NCBI GenBank assembly: GCA_964005815.1
Contig: CAXFSR010000036.1
Location: forward strand, 32,001-96,000
Origin: an uncultured Nitrospinaceae bacterium
Lineage (GTDB): Bacteria > UBA8248
Reading direction: 5' to 3'
DNA length: 64,000 bases
In this document: piece after piece, positions 51,086 through 60,498 of the stretch
Position numbering within the stretch: the first letter of the stretch is position 1
How the letters are laid out: each line of letters starts with the position of its first letter
Translations under genes and position numbers: made by a program
The notes under the pieces: generated by a model
Database searches by the model: none
Seen by the model: the letters and a program-made list of their open reading frames with translations, nothing else
Told to the model about the DNA's origin: nothing

Positions 51086-52557
51086 ATAATTTACTTCCCA
51101 TTTTCGTTGTATTACCCCTAATCACAGGCATTGTGACCTATTTGCTTGTTGGCAATTTGAGAATACAGGAAAAAATCAGCTTTGCATCCTTATTCATAAA
51201 TTTTATGCTATCAGCTATCTTATTTTTTGACATAATGAAAGGAAACATCTATACCCATCAAATGGGTCTCTGGCCATTTCCTTATGGCATTATCCTCATA
51301 GCTGATAAACTCTCATCTACTATGCTTTGTATTTCCTCTTCAATTATTGGTATCTGCGTTTTATATTCCAAAAGTTATTTTACTAAAGAAAACAATTTAA
51401 AAATTTTTCAACCACTTATCCATTTTCTTCTTATGGGTATTCAGGGATGTTTTCTTACTGGAGATCTGTTCAATCTATTCGTTTTCTTTGAAGTATTACT
51501 TATTTCAACATACGCTTTGTTAGCCTGCTACCACTCCCTTGAACAATTAGAAATGTCTTTCAAGTTCACATGTATCAATTTAGTAGCATCTGCATTTTTC
51601 TTGGCAGGAATTTCTTTTATATATGCACAAGTTGGGACAGTAAATATGGCTGACTTATCAATAAAACTATCGACACTAGATTATAATCCAATGATTATAA
51701 TTACTGCTTTAATTTTTGTATTAGTCTTTAGTGTTAAAGGAGCTATCTTCCCAATGCACCTTTGGCTCCCATCTGCTCACTCTACTGCACATACCCCAGT
51801 CAGTGCTATTCTTGCAGGAGTCCTAGTAAAGGTAGGCATTTATGCCATTATTCGATGTCAAACATTAATCTTCATAAAACAATTTTTTTACTTCCAACAT
51901 GTTCTTTTGTTTTTTGCGATTCTCACTATCTTTATCGGTGCCTTCGGGACTCTTCCCCAAAAAAACTTAAAACGTATTCTTGCATACAGTACGATCAATC
52001 AGCTTGGATTTATCAGTCTAGGAATTGCATTTCTCTCGCCTCCTGCATTAACAGCAACGATTTTTTTCATAGTTGTGCACTCTTACCTTAAAAGCTCAGT
52101 TTTACTGGCTGCGGGTATTAACTATAAAATTACAGGAACAGAGAACCTAGATGAAATGGGAGGTTTAATGAAAAAAACCCCCTTTCTTAGTATCTTAATG
52201 CTTATTAGTTTTCTGTCTTTAGCAGGCATTCCACCCTTAAATGGTTTTTTTGCAAAAATATTTATTTTTCAAGCAGGCTTTTCTTCTGGATTTACTTTAA
52301 TAACTTCTTTAGCTTTAATTTTAGGTATTATCTCTCTTTTTTATAATTTTAAAACTTATCAAAGGATGGCATGGGGAGAAGGAAAAAATAACCTTAAAAA
52401 AGCCCCTCCGACAATGTATATATGCGTTACTATTCTTACTTTTTTCGCGGTCGTTTTTGGAATCGGTGCAACTTGGCTTTATGATTGGGCCAGTATGGTT
52501 TCTGAACAAATTTCCAACCCTCAATTTTATATTAATGCTATGAAAACACTTACTTAG
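51082..52557 (+). CDS. mrpD: Mrp antiporter subunit D
   Basis: FLTGDLFNLFVFFEV, K.AIFP.HLWLP.AH, LAGIPPLNGFFAK. Confidence 0.94.
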   Translation: MNNLLPIFVVLPLITGIVTYLLVGNLRIQEKISFASLFINFMLSAILFFDIMKGNIYTHQMGLWPFPYGIILIADKLSSTMLCISSSIIGICVLYSKSYFTKENNLKIFQPLIHFLLMGIQGCFLTGDLFNLFVFFEVLLISTYALLACYHSLEQLEMSFKFTCINLVASAFFLAGISFIYAQVGTVNMADLSIKLSTLDYNPMIIITALIFVLVFSVKGAIFPMHLWLPSAHSTAHTPVSAILAGVLVKVGIYAIIRCQTLIFIKQFFYFQHVLLFFAILTIFIGAFGTLPQKNLKRILAYSTINQLGFISLGIAFLSPPALTATIFFIVVHSYLKSSVLLAAGINYKITGTENLDEMGGLMKKTPFLSILMLISFLSLAGIPPLNGFFAKIFIFQAGFSSGFTLITSLALILGIISLFYNFKTYQRMAWGEGKNNLKKAPPTMYICVTILTFFAVVFGIGATWLYDWASMVSEQISNPQFYINAMKTLT

Positions 52558-52567
52558 GAGTAAAGCT

Positions 52568-53074
52568 TTGCCTATAGCAACTTTAACAATATCGATAGCC
52601 GCTATTTGGATTTTAATGCGAGGCACAGGAAATTTGAGTGACTTTTTTACAGGTATTATTATTGCAATTCTTATCATACTCTTTTTATGGAAGAGTTATG
52701 AACACAAGAAAAGATTGATAAGGAGAAATGAAAAAAAAGAAAAAAATATCTTACGTTTGATTTACACATTAAGATTCGTTTTTAGTTTTTTGTGGGAATT
52801 AATAATAGCCAATTTGCAAGTTATGATTATTGTTATAAAGCCGAATCTTTCTATACAGCCAGGAATTTTTGCTTTCAAAACTCGTTGCAAATCACCTTTA
52901 GGAATAACTTCACTAGCTAACTCTATCACCTTAACTCCTGGAACACTTAGCATAGATGTTTCAGACGAATCTAAAATAATTTATGTACACACTCTTGATT
53001 CAAAAGATCTAAAAGAAATGAAAATTAGAATCCAAAAAAGGCTTGAAGATCCTATTTTAGGAGCATTTGAATGA
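52568..53074 (+). CDS. mrpE: Mrp antiporter subunit E
   Basis: ELIIANLQV, LANSITLTPGTL, IYVH. Confidence 0.93.
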   Translation: MPIATLTISIAAIWILMRGTGNLSDFFTGIIIAILIILFLWKSYEHKKRLIRRNEKKEKNILRLIYTLRFVFSFLWELIIANLQVMIIVIKPNLSIQPGIFAFKTRCKSPLGITSLANSITLTPGTLSIDVSDESKIIYVHTLDSKDLKEMKIRIQKRLEDPILGAFE

Positions 53075-53340
53075 TCGAAGTAACGATTCAGGTTTCAATG
53101 ATTATGTTAGTCATATCTGTCTTTATAGCTCTATATCGCTTTTTCAAAGGTCCAACAACCGCAGATAAAGTTATTGCAGCTGATACTATAGTGACAAACG
53201 GAAAAGGAATTATTGCTCTTTATGCTATTTACTCTGGAAATAAAATATTTGTGATTGTTGTTCTCACCCTTACAATTTTAAGCTTTGTTGGAACAACCTT
53301 ATATGCGAAATTTCACGACCGGGGGAAAATAATTGATTGA
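53071..53340 (+). CDS. mrpF: Mrp antiporter subunit F
   Basis: R..KGPTTADKVIAAD, LSFVGT...AKF. Confidence 0.92.
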   Translation: MIEVTIQVSMIMLVISVFIALYRFFKGPTTADKVIAADTIVTNGKGIIALYAIYSGNKIFVIVVLTLTILSFVGTTLYAKFHDRGKIID

Positions 53341-53707
53341 AATTCTAACAGCTACAGTTATGTTTATCGGTGCATTTTTTATGTTAGTCGCAAGCGTAGG
53401 TTTGATTCGTCTTCCAGACGTATATTCCAGGATGCATGCGGCAACAAAAGCAACTACGTTGGGTTTAGGAGGCATACTTCTTTCTACCATCTTATCTTTT
53501 CAAACATTAGACGTTACTACTCAGGCCCTCTTAGCAATATTCTTTCTTTTCATAACAGCTCCTGTTGCAGCACACCTGATCTCTCGTTCAGCATATCATA
53601 GAGGCCCCGATTTATTTGATGAAACAACATTGGACGAATACAAAAGTCACATAGAAAAAATAAGGAAATTGGAAGATAATCAAGACAAAAAAGTAGAGAA
53701 AAAATAA
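53333..53707 (+). CDS. mrpG: Mrp antiporter subunit G
   Basis: GLIRLPDVYSRMHAATKATTLG, TAPVAAH.ISR.AY. Confidence 0.94.
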   Translation: MIEILTATVMFIGAFFMLVASVGLIRLPDVYSRMHAATKATTLGLGGILLSTILSFQTLDVTTQALLAIFFLFITAPVAAHLISRSAYHRGPDLFDETTLDEYKSHIEKIRKLEDNQDKKVEKK

Positions 53708-53773
53708 TTTAAGAATAACATTTCACCCCAAAATAAGTGTACATTCAAATACAAAATTGGAGAAACTATTGAA

Positions 53774-54607
53774 ATGACAGAAGAATTCTTTTTAGAAAGA
53801 GATGGGATAAAACTACACGGAATAGATCATGGCGGTGACAAAAAACCTATTCTTTTATTAGTTCATGGAGCAGCAGCTCATGCAAAATGGTGGGATTTCG
53901 TTGCACCGCATTATATGGACAAATTTAGACCAGTAGCAATGGATCTTCGAGGACATGGCAACAGTGACTGGGCAGAAGAATACTCCTATGATGATTTTGC
54001 AAAAGATTTAGAATTTTGGATAGATTGGGCCTACAAAGAAACGAACAAGAAACCTTTCCTTCTAGCTCATTCAATGGGCGGAGGAATTTCTTTACGATTA
54101 ACAGCTACAAACTCTCCCAATATTACTTCCATGATTGTAGTAGATTCTCCATTTCATATTAACGAAAGGATTCTTAAAGAGATGAACGCCTTCGGGAGTA
54201 GACCAAGTCGTCCTTGGGCTACCCTAGAATTATTTATAGAAAAATTCAGAATGATTCCTGCTTCTGGTAAAGCTAAAGAAGAACACTTAGAACATATAGC
54301 CAAGCATAGCGTTCGACAGTTGAAAGATGGAACATGGTTATTAAAAGCAGATCGTTCTTTTCATTCTAAGCGTGGGGGATCCGACTTAGTAAAAGGTTGG
54401 CTAAATTTAAAAGTACCTGGATTACTGGTAATTGGCGAACTTTCAGACAGGATTACAACGGAGGACATTGAATGGGCAAAACAAAACTTGAAAAATGTAC
54501 AAATCAAGATCATTAAAGGTGCACATCATCATGTATATATTGATGAACCAGACGAATTTGTTAGGGTAACAAAAGAATTCTTAAATTCAATTCTTTCTTT
54601 AAATTAA
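53774..54607 (+). CDS. Alpha/beta fold hydrolase
   Basis: LVHG, DLRGHGNS, nucleophile elbow AHSMGG, C-terminal GAHH. Confidence 0.9.
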   Translation: MTEEFFLERDGIKLHGIDHGGDKKPILLLVHGAAAHAKWWDFVAPHYMDKFRPVAMDLRGHGNSDWAEEYSYDDFAKDLEFWIDWAYKETNKKPFLLAHSMGGGISLRLTATNSPNITSMIVVDSPFHINERILKEMNAFGSRPSRPWATLELFIEKFRMIPASGKAKEEHLEHIAKHSVRQLKDGTWLLKADRSFHSKRGGSDLVKGWLNLKVPGLLVIGELSDRITTEDIEWAKQNLKNVQIKIIKGAHHHVYIDEPDEFVRVTKEFLNSILSLN

Positions 54608-54625
54608 AAATTTCATCCTAAACAT

Positions 54626-55420
54626 TTAAACAATTGCAACAGGTCGTACTGGAGAGCCTGTTCCACCTCTTAATTTTAAGGGCAAACAAACAAACAAAAA
54701 TTCATAGGTTCTTGTTTGCGACAATTCTTCAAGCATTAAAATCTCAATTAGATGTATCCCATGCTCTACTAGCATATGACAGTGCACAGGAATTGAAGGA
54801 TTGGGCATAACCTCCACCCCAAAATTATCTGAACCTACCATTGCAATTCCTTGCTCACTAAGCCATTTTGCTGCCTCAAGATTAATACCTGGCACACCTC
54901 CTGTCTGAGTATAAAATTCTTTGTTAGGCCAGATTTGCATATGTCCTGTTCTTATAAGAACAACATCCCCTGATTTTATCTCAGTTCCTTGAGAAGCACT
55001 TGCTTTCAAAAGATCATCTCTTCCAATCGCTCTTCCTGGTTCTAAGATTTCTTTGTCAAAATGTCTTGCCACATCAATTAAAACTCCCCTTCTACAAATA
55101 GGGGCAACTGTTTCTATTCCATATTCTGAAAAACCATTTATTTTGTTTTGTACTTTAGTTGCATCTACACCATTATACAGTTGCATATCTTTCGAGATAT
55201 GACATATCGCATCAATATGCGTACCTGTGTGTCCACTACAAAAAAAAACATCCACAGAGGCACAAGCACCGTCTTCAAACATTGAGTCTCCATGTTCACG
55301 TATTAAAGAACAAGAATAAGGAGCATGGAGCGGAACATGAGGCATTCCTGGAAACATTTCTACACCTAGGTCAAAAACGGTACAACTTTTAGCTAAACTC
55401 TCAATATCTTCTAGGTGCAC
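54626..55420 (-). CDS. Cyclase family (kynurenine formamidase-like) metal hydrolase
   Basis: HTGTHIDA.CH, RGVLID, GDVVLIRTG, VGSD, IE, GGTGSPVRP. Confidence 0.9.
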   Translation of the reverse strand: MHLEDIESLAKSCTVFDLGVEMFPGMPHVPLHAPYSCSLIREHGDSMFEDGACASVDVFFCSGHTGTHIDAICHISKDMQLYNGVDATKVQNKINGFSEYGIETVAPICRRGVLIDVARHFDKEILEPGRAIGRDDLLKASASQGTEIKSGDVVLIRTGHMQIWPNKEFYTQTGGVPGINLEAAKWLSEQGIAMVGSDNFGVEVMPNPSIPVHCHMLVEHGIHLIEILMLEELSQTRTYEFLFVCLPLKLRGGTGSPVRPVAIV

Positions 55421-55516
55421 AATCTTTCCTCCTCAAGAATTAGAGATAAATTTGCTATTTAAGTTTTTTATAACATACCCTAGAATGCATTGAAATATAT
55501 TTAGGAATCTAAGTAA

Positions 55517-55939
55517 ATGATATGGTTAACTGTTTATTTCCACCCGATAATACAAATCACAACATTACTTTTGGGTTTCTACGTCCTAAAACTTGGACTT
55601 ACATTAAGAAAGAACAGACTTACAAGAACAACCTTTCCAAGAGCAGTTCTTCTTGAACGACATATACGTTTAGCCAGAATTTTTGTCATACTATTCACTA
55701 TTGGATACTTTCTTGGTTTATTAGAAATGCAATTCGTTTTAAAAAAACCTTTATTTAATACTTTCCATAGTTTTCTAGGAACGCTTACATTAATTTTTTT
55801 ATACTTAACAGCATTTTTAGGCAGATCAATCCGAAGAAAACAAAATGAAAAATTTAGAGAACTTCACAGATTTTGTGCTTTTATTGGAATGTTCTTAGCA
55901 TTGACAACCGGATTTGCTGGTATAGGTTTATTGCCATAA
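55517..55939 (+). CDS. Small four-helix membrane protein with spaced His residues (DUF4079-like)
   Basis: Four hydrophobic segments; FHP, ERH, FHS, LHR. Confidence 0.6.
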   Translation: MIWLTVYFHPIIQITTLLLGFYVLKLGLTLRKNRLTRTTFPRAVLLERHIRLARIFVILFTIGYFLGLLEMQFVLKKPLFNTFHSFLGTLTLIFLYLTAFLGRSIRRKQNEKFRELHRFCAFIGMFLALTTGFAGIGLLP

Positions 55940-55945
55940 GACAAT

Positions 55946-57070
55946 TTATTGAACCATTCCTCTAGCTGAAATTGGCAATATAACTTCTAAAAAACCTTTC
56001 TCCATACCTCCTCTAATGCCATAAAAATAATCGAAGAGATTTATCGTAGTATCACAATGACTTGGCTGAAAAAGTAAAGAATCACCTAACTTTGGCATTG
56101 GACCCAACGAATCCACTGTAATTATTCCATGTTCATCACTAGCTGAAATATAGGTAGCCTCTTCGATGTCGTAACAGGATGCAAAACCACTGTCAGACGA
56201 AAGACTTTTATGTCCTGCATCAATGATAAATTTTTTATCTTCAGGAAAACTAATGATTGTAGATAGCACGAATAAACTCGCTTGAAAATCTTCGTAAAAT
56301 TGTTCTTGTCTTCCTCCAATACTCCTATAATGTGAATCCATAAATAAGTAACTTCCTGCTTGAACTTCATTTAAAATTTCAGAATCTAAGTCCCAATTCC
56401 ATGTTCCAGTTCCTCCACCAGTTCTAACATCAAAATTCAATCCATTTTTTTTAAATTCATAAACACTCTCTTCCATCATAGTGATTGAATTTCTATATTT
56501 CTTCTCTCTTTCATTAAATCCTTCAATATGTTGCGCCTTGCCGTTATAAGCTTGGAACCCACGCAAATTTATTGAAGGCAATTCATCAATTTTTTTTGCT
56601 AGAGAAACTGCTTCATCAACTGTTCTAACCCCACAACGACCTTGTCCAACATCAATATCAACAAGTACTCCAATGTCGCTTTCATTTTTTTCCATTATTT
56701 TAGAAAGTAATTCAGCTCCCTGAATATGATCAACAACTAACATCAAATCACAATTCTTTGATAAAAAGGAAACACGTTCTATCTTTGCAGGAGAGACAAT
56801 TTCACTGCTTAAGAGGATATTCTCTATCCCATCCTCTTGCATAACTTCTGCCTCACTTACTTTTTGACAACAAATACCTATTGCTCCCATTTCTATCTGT
56901 TTTTTAGCAATCAGCGGACTTTTATGTGTTTTCGAATGAGGACGTAAATTGATCAAACTATTTTGAAAATTTGAAGCCATTTTTTTCAGATTTTCTTCCA
57001 TTACATCAAGATCAATCAACAAAACCGGAGTCTGCAAATCTCGAACAGGAGTCCCTATTTGTTCGCTCAA
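55946..57070 (-). CDS. Fold-type III PLP enzyme, D-threonine aldolase / DSD1 family
   Basis: TPVLLID, RPHSKTHK, GQGRCGV, GGGTGT, EVQAGSYLFMD, SDEHG, PSHCDTTINL. Confidence 0.92.
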   Translation of the reverse strand: MSEQIGTPVRDLQTPVLLIDLDVMEENLKKMASNFQNSLINLRPHSKTHKSPLIAKKQIEMGAIGICCQKVSEAEVMQEDGIENILLSSEIVSPAKIERVSFLSKNCDLMLVVDHIQGAELLSKIMEKNESDIGVLVDIDVGQGRCGVRTVDEAVSLAKKIDELPSINLRGFQAYNGKAQHIEGFNEREKKYRNSITMMEESVYEFKKNGLNFDVRTGGGTGTWNWDLDSEILNEVQAGSYLFMDSHYRSIGGRQEQFYEDFQASLFVLSTIISFPEDKKFIIDAGHKSLSSDSGFASCYDIEEATYISASDEHGIITVDSLGPMPKLGDSLLFQPSHCDTTINLFDYFYGIRGGMEKGFLEVILPISARGMVQ

Positions 57071-57186
57071 GAAAATACCTCTAAAATTTATAAAGTTTTA
57101 ATATAGTTATTTAATTTTATATACTTGCTCAAAAAAAAACCATAAAGCATTATTATACGAAAAATATTATTAAAAGAGGAATACAA

Positions 57187-58074
57187 ATGAGAACTGAAGC
57201 TGATGAATTATTAGAGGGTTCAATTGATCTTCACGCTCATATTTTCCCTCAAGTTTTTTTAGAAGAACCAGGTAGAGTTAGAGATCACGAATGGGCAGAA
57301 CTTGCTATACAATCTGGAATGAAAGGTTTTGTCATGAAAAGCCACCTATGGCCTACTATGGCACAAGCAAGTTTAATTAACCAAGTATATAAAAATTTCA
57401 ATGCAATGGGCGCTATAGTTCTAAATTCAAATGTAGGTGGAATTTCCCCATTCGCAGCAGAGAGTGCAACAAGACTTGGAGCTAAGATTATCTGGATGCC
57501 AACTTATACGACAAAAAATGATATTAAAAAAGGGGCCTACAGCAAACAAATTGAGACTGCATATAAACAACCGCCTCCAAAAAAAAATTTAAGTATTTTC
57601 GATAAAGACGGAGAAATAGCGCAAGAAGTTAATCTTGTTCTAGAAATTGCAAGAGATGCAAATATAGCTATCGCTACTGGACATTTGTCTGCTGAAGAAG
57701 GAGTAGCACTGGCAAAACGAGCGAGTAAAATTGGATTGAAAAAATTTATTTTCACACATCCAATTATTTCTGTTGTCGGAGCAACCGAAGAACAATTAAT
57801 GGAAGTTTCAAACTTAGGTTATTTTATTGAGTTTACTTGGATTTCTGCATTTCCTATGTGGCAAGGACTTGATCCAAATTTAATTGCAAAATTCGCAAAA
57901 AAAATTGGCCCACACAGATGTCTAATGACAACAGATGCTCAACTAGACTGGAATCCACCACCACCTGAAATGTTGCGCATGTTTATCGCATCTATGCTTA
58001 GAATAGGTTTGAAGAGTCAAGAAATACGATTAATGGTACAAGAAAATCCTTCTAGATTAGTAGACCTTTATTAA
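57187..58074 (+). CDS. Amidohydrolase-superfamily protein of unknown function (DUF6282-like)
   Basis: IDLHAH, KSH, IWMPT, ATGHLS, THP, TD. Confidence 0.78.
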   Translation: MRTEADELLEGSIDLHAHIFPQVFLEEPGRVRDHEWAELAIQSGMKGFVMKSHLWPTMAQASLINQVYKNFNAMGAIVLNSNVGGISPFAAESATRLGAKIIWMPTYTTKNDIKKGAYSKQIETAYKQPPPKKNLSIFDKDGEIAQEVNLVLEIARDANIAIATGHLSAEEGVALAKRASKIGLKKFIFTHPIISVVGATEEQLMEVSNLGYFIEFTWISAFPMWQGLDPNLIAKFAKKIGPHRCLMTTDAQLDWNPPPPEMLRMFIASMLRIGLKSQEIRLMVQENPSRLVDLY

Positions 58075-58114
58075 GAAAATTGAAACCTAAAAGGCAAAAA
58101 AATAATTTATCCCC

Positions 58115-58144
58115 TTGATTTAATATTCAACGCTCTGCTAGCAT
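58115..58144 (+). promoter_or_regulatory. Putative sigma70 promoter of ferredoxin gene
   Basis: TTGATT-18 nt-TAGCAT with an extended -10 TG. Confidence 0.45.
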
Positions 58145-58204
58145 CAACCACATTGTTTTTTGAATTTTTAAGATTACCGCCATTGATTTTCAAGGAGATG
58201 ATAC

Positions 58205-58516
58205 ATGACTTTTGTTATCGGCGAAAAATGTCTTGGGGAACGCTATGCAACATGTGTAGATGTGTGCCCTGTAGATTGCATTCATCCTGGAGATTATCAA
58301 GACCAAGTTTTCATGATTATAGACCCAGAGGAATGTATCGATTGTGGTGTATGTCTTCCAGAGTGTCCAATTGATGCTATTTTAGAAACGGAAGATGATG
58401 ATCCAGAATGGACACAGATAAATGCTGATCTAGCTCCTGACTTTAGCAGTAACGAACCAGTAGAACCTAGAGCAGCTAATGACCCACCCAAAAGACCAGA
58501 AAACAAATTGCGTTAA
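58205..58516 (+). CDS. Ferredoxin, 7Fe ([3Fe-4S]+[4Fe-4S]) FdxA type
   Basis: C-x7-CVDVCPVDC and CIDCGVCLPECP; AAGGAG RBS. Confidence 0.92.
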   Translation: MTFVIGEKCLGERYATCVDVCPVDCIHPGDYQDQVFMIIDPEECIDCGVCLPECPIDAILETEDDDPEWTQINADLAPDFSSNEPVEPRAANDPPKRPENKLR

Positions 58517-58532
58517 AGGTCAAACTTTTTAG

Positions 58533-58568
58533 AAAAACCGTGATTCGCATTGAATCACGGTTTTTTTT
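58533..58568 (+). terminator. Intrinsic terminator after ferredoxin
   Basis: AAAAACCGTGATTC-GCATT-GAATCACGG followed by T8; perfect stem. Confidence 0.9.
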
Positions 58569-58644
58569 ATCCATTTTGAGAATTACTTTTGATGATTTAA
58601 GCTGTTAGCTTGAAAATACATTCAGTTAATTTAAGGAAATCATT

Positions 58645-59616
58645 TTGAAAAAAAACAACTACAAACATAAAGTCGCTGTCGTTGGTGCTAGATTTGGTGC
58701 TTTAACTGTAGAAAATGAAATTCTAAATCCAATAGGCTGCAAAATAGTCGAAGGATTAGGCAAAACTGAATCAGAACTTATTAAATTATGTGATGGTGCA
58801 GATGCTGTTATAGTAGGTTCTATATGTGATCTAACAGAACCAGTTATAAATTCCTTGAATAACTGCCAAATCATTTCTAGAGCTGGTGTAGGAACTGATA
58901 ATATTGATAAAAGGACAGCAAAGAAGATGGGGATCATAGTCACTTATGTTCCCGATTATTGCATAGATGAAGTTTCAGATCATGCGATGTCATTCATTTT
59001 GTATTATGCAAGAAAACTTCAAGAAGCTAAAGAAGAAGTTTTGTCTGGAAACTGGGGAATTTCAAATCTCAGACCAATATATCCTTTAAAAGAATCTATT
59101 TTAGGTATTCTTGGTATTGGGAGAATTGGGGCTTCTCTCGCAAAAAAAGCCTCTACTTTTGGAATGAAATTGATTGCCTTCGATCCATTCGCAGATGACT
59201 CAGTTTTCAAGAAATTAAAAGCACAAAAAGTGACTTTACAACAGTTACTAAAAAAATCAGATTATTTATCCCTTCATGCTCCTTATACAAAAAAAACTAA
59301 AGAAATTATCCAAAAAAAAACACTATCTTTAATGAATAAAAACGCAGTCATAATAAATGTTGCAAGGGGAGAACTAATCAATGAAACAGATCTGTATAGT
59401 TCTCTTAAAAAAGGAAGTATTCGTGCTGCTGCTCTTGATGTACTTACCGAAGAACCACCTAAAAAAACAAATAAACTGCTTACGCTAGAAAATTGTATTA
59501 TCACTCCACATAGTGCATGGTACAGTACAAACGCACAAAACGAGCTTCGTCAAAAAGCTGCTGAAGAAGTAAAAAGAGTATTATCAAAAAGAAAACCAAG
59601 AAATCAGATTAACTAA
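58645..59616 (+). CDS. D-isomer 2-hydroxyacid dehydrogenase (CtBP/SerA-like)
   Basis: RAGVGTDNID, VPDYC.DEVSDH, GIGRIG, INVARG, LDV..EP, TPHSAWYS. Confidence 0.93.
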   Translation: MKKNNYKHKVAVVGARFGALTVENEILNPIGCKIVEGLGKTESELIKLCDGADAVIVGSICDLTEPVINSLNNCQIISRAGVGTDNIDKRTAKKMGIIVTYVPDYCIDEVSDHAMSFILYYARKLQEAKEEVLSGNWGISNLRPIYPLKESILGILGIGRIGASLAKKASTFGMKLIAFDPFADDSVFKKLKAQKVTLQQLLKKSDYLSLHAPYTKKTKEIIQKKTLSLMNKNAVIINVARGELINETDLYSSLKKGSIRAAALDVLTEEPPKKTNKLLTLENCIITPHSAWYSTNAQNELRQKAAEEVKRVLSKRKPRNQIN

Positions 59617-59636
59617 GTAAAATTAATTTCATAGGA

Positions 59637-60491
59637 TTATTTCTCTATAGGAAATCCAACTATACTGCCCCACTCTGTCCATGAACCATCATAAACCTGC
59701 ACGTTTGAATACCCTAGAATAAACACCATTGCAAACCATACCAATGTAGCTCTATGACTGAGTCTGCAGTAAACAACAATCTCTTTATCACTATCAGTGG
59801 AACCACAAATCGGTTCTATAACACTACGTAATTCGTTATTTTCTTTAAAAGTACCGTCCTCATTAATCAATTGACCATAAAAGAGATGCGTTGCTCCCGG
59901 AATTCTCCCGGTTCTTTCAGCACCATGATCGAACCCAGGTGGTGGCATTACACGCTCACCATTATATTCTTCGAAAGATCTTACATCTAACAACAAACGA
60001 ACTGAGGATCTTAAGTTCTGCAAAACATTTTCTCTTCCAACAGAAAAAGAACTCAACTCATCAAAAGAAGAATTTCTTTTCTGTTCAAATGTCGATTGGA
60101 TATCGGTAAGATCTCTACCCTCTGCTTTCCATTTTTTTAATCCTCCATCAAGAACGCAAACTTTCTGATGACCACACATTCTTAGAACCCAATACGCATA
60201 AGTTCCAAATTGTACAGGATCACCATATAAGACTACTGTGGTCTCTGAATCAATCCCAAAAGTTCCTAAACGTATAGCTAAATCTTCCGGGGAAGGAAAA
60301 GACCTGTCAGTCTCATGCCAAAGAACTGATTTCCAATACCACCAAACGGAACCTTGGATATGCTCTTTTTTAAACTCTAAATCGTCATTCGTAAATGAAA
60401 CTTGCACTACTTTGATACTAGGATCATTTAAGTTTTCATCTAACCATTCAGTAGAAACTATTTCTGAAAAAATTGGACTCTCCATTTTCAT
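59637..60491 (-). CDS. Two-domain rhodanese / sulfurtransferase
   Basis: VSTEWL, HIQG, LDGG..KW, LDVRS..EY.G, GRIPGA, catalytic YCRLSHRA, YDGSWTEW; start at ATG 60491 or 60485 rather than 60539. Confidence 0.93.
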   Translation of the reverse strand: MKMESPIFSEIVSTEWLDENLNDPSIKVVQVSFTNDDLEFKKEHIQGSVWWYWKSVLWHETDRSFPSPEDLAIRLGTFGIDSETTVVLYGDPVQFGTYAYWVLRMCGHQKVCVLDGGLKKWKAEGRDLTDIQSTFEQKRNSSFDELSSFSVGRENVLQNLRSSVRLLLDVRSFEEYNGERVMPPPGFDHGAERTGRIPGATHLFYGQLINEDGTFKENNELRSVIEPICGSTDSDKEIVVYCRLSHRATLVWFAMVFILGYSNVQVYDGSWTEWGSIVGFPIEK

Positions 60492-60498
60492 CCTTTTT

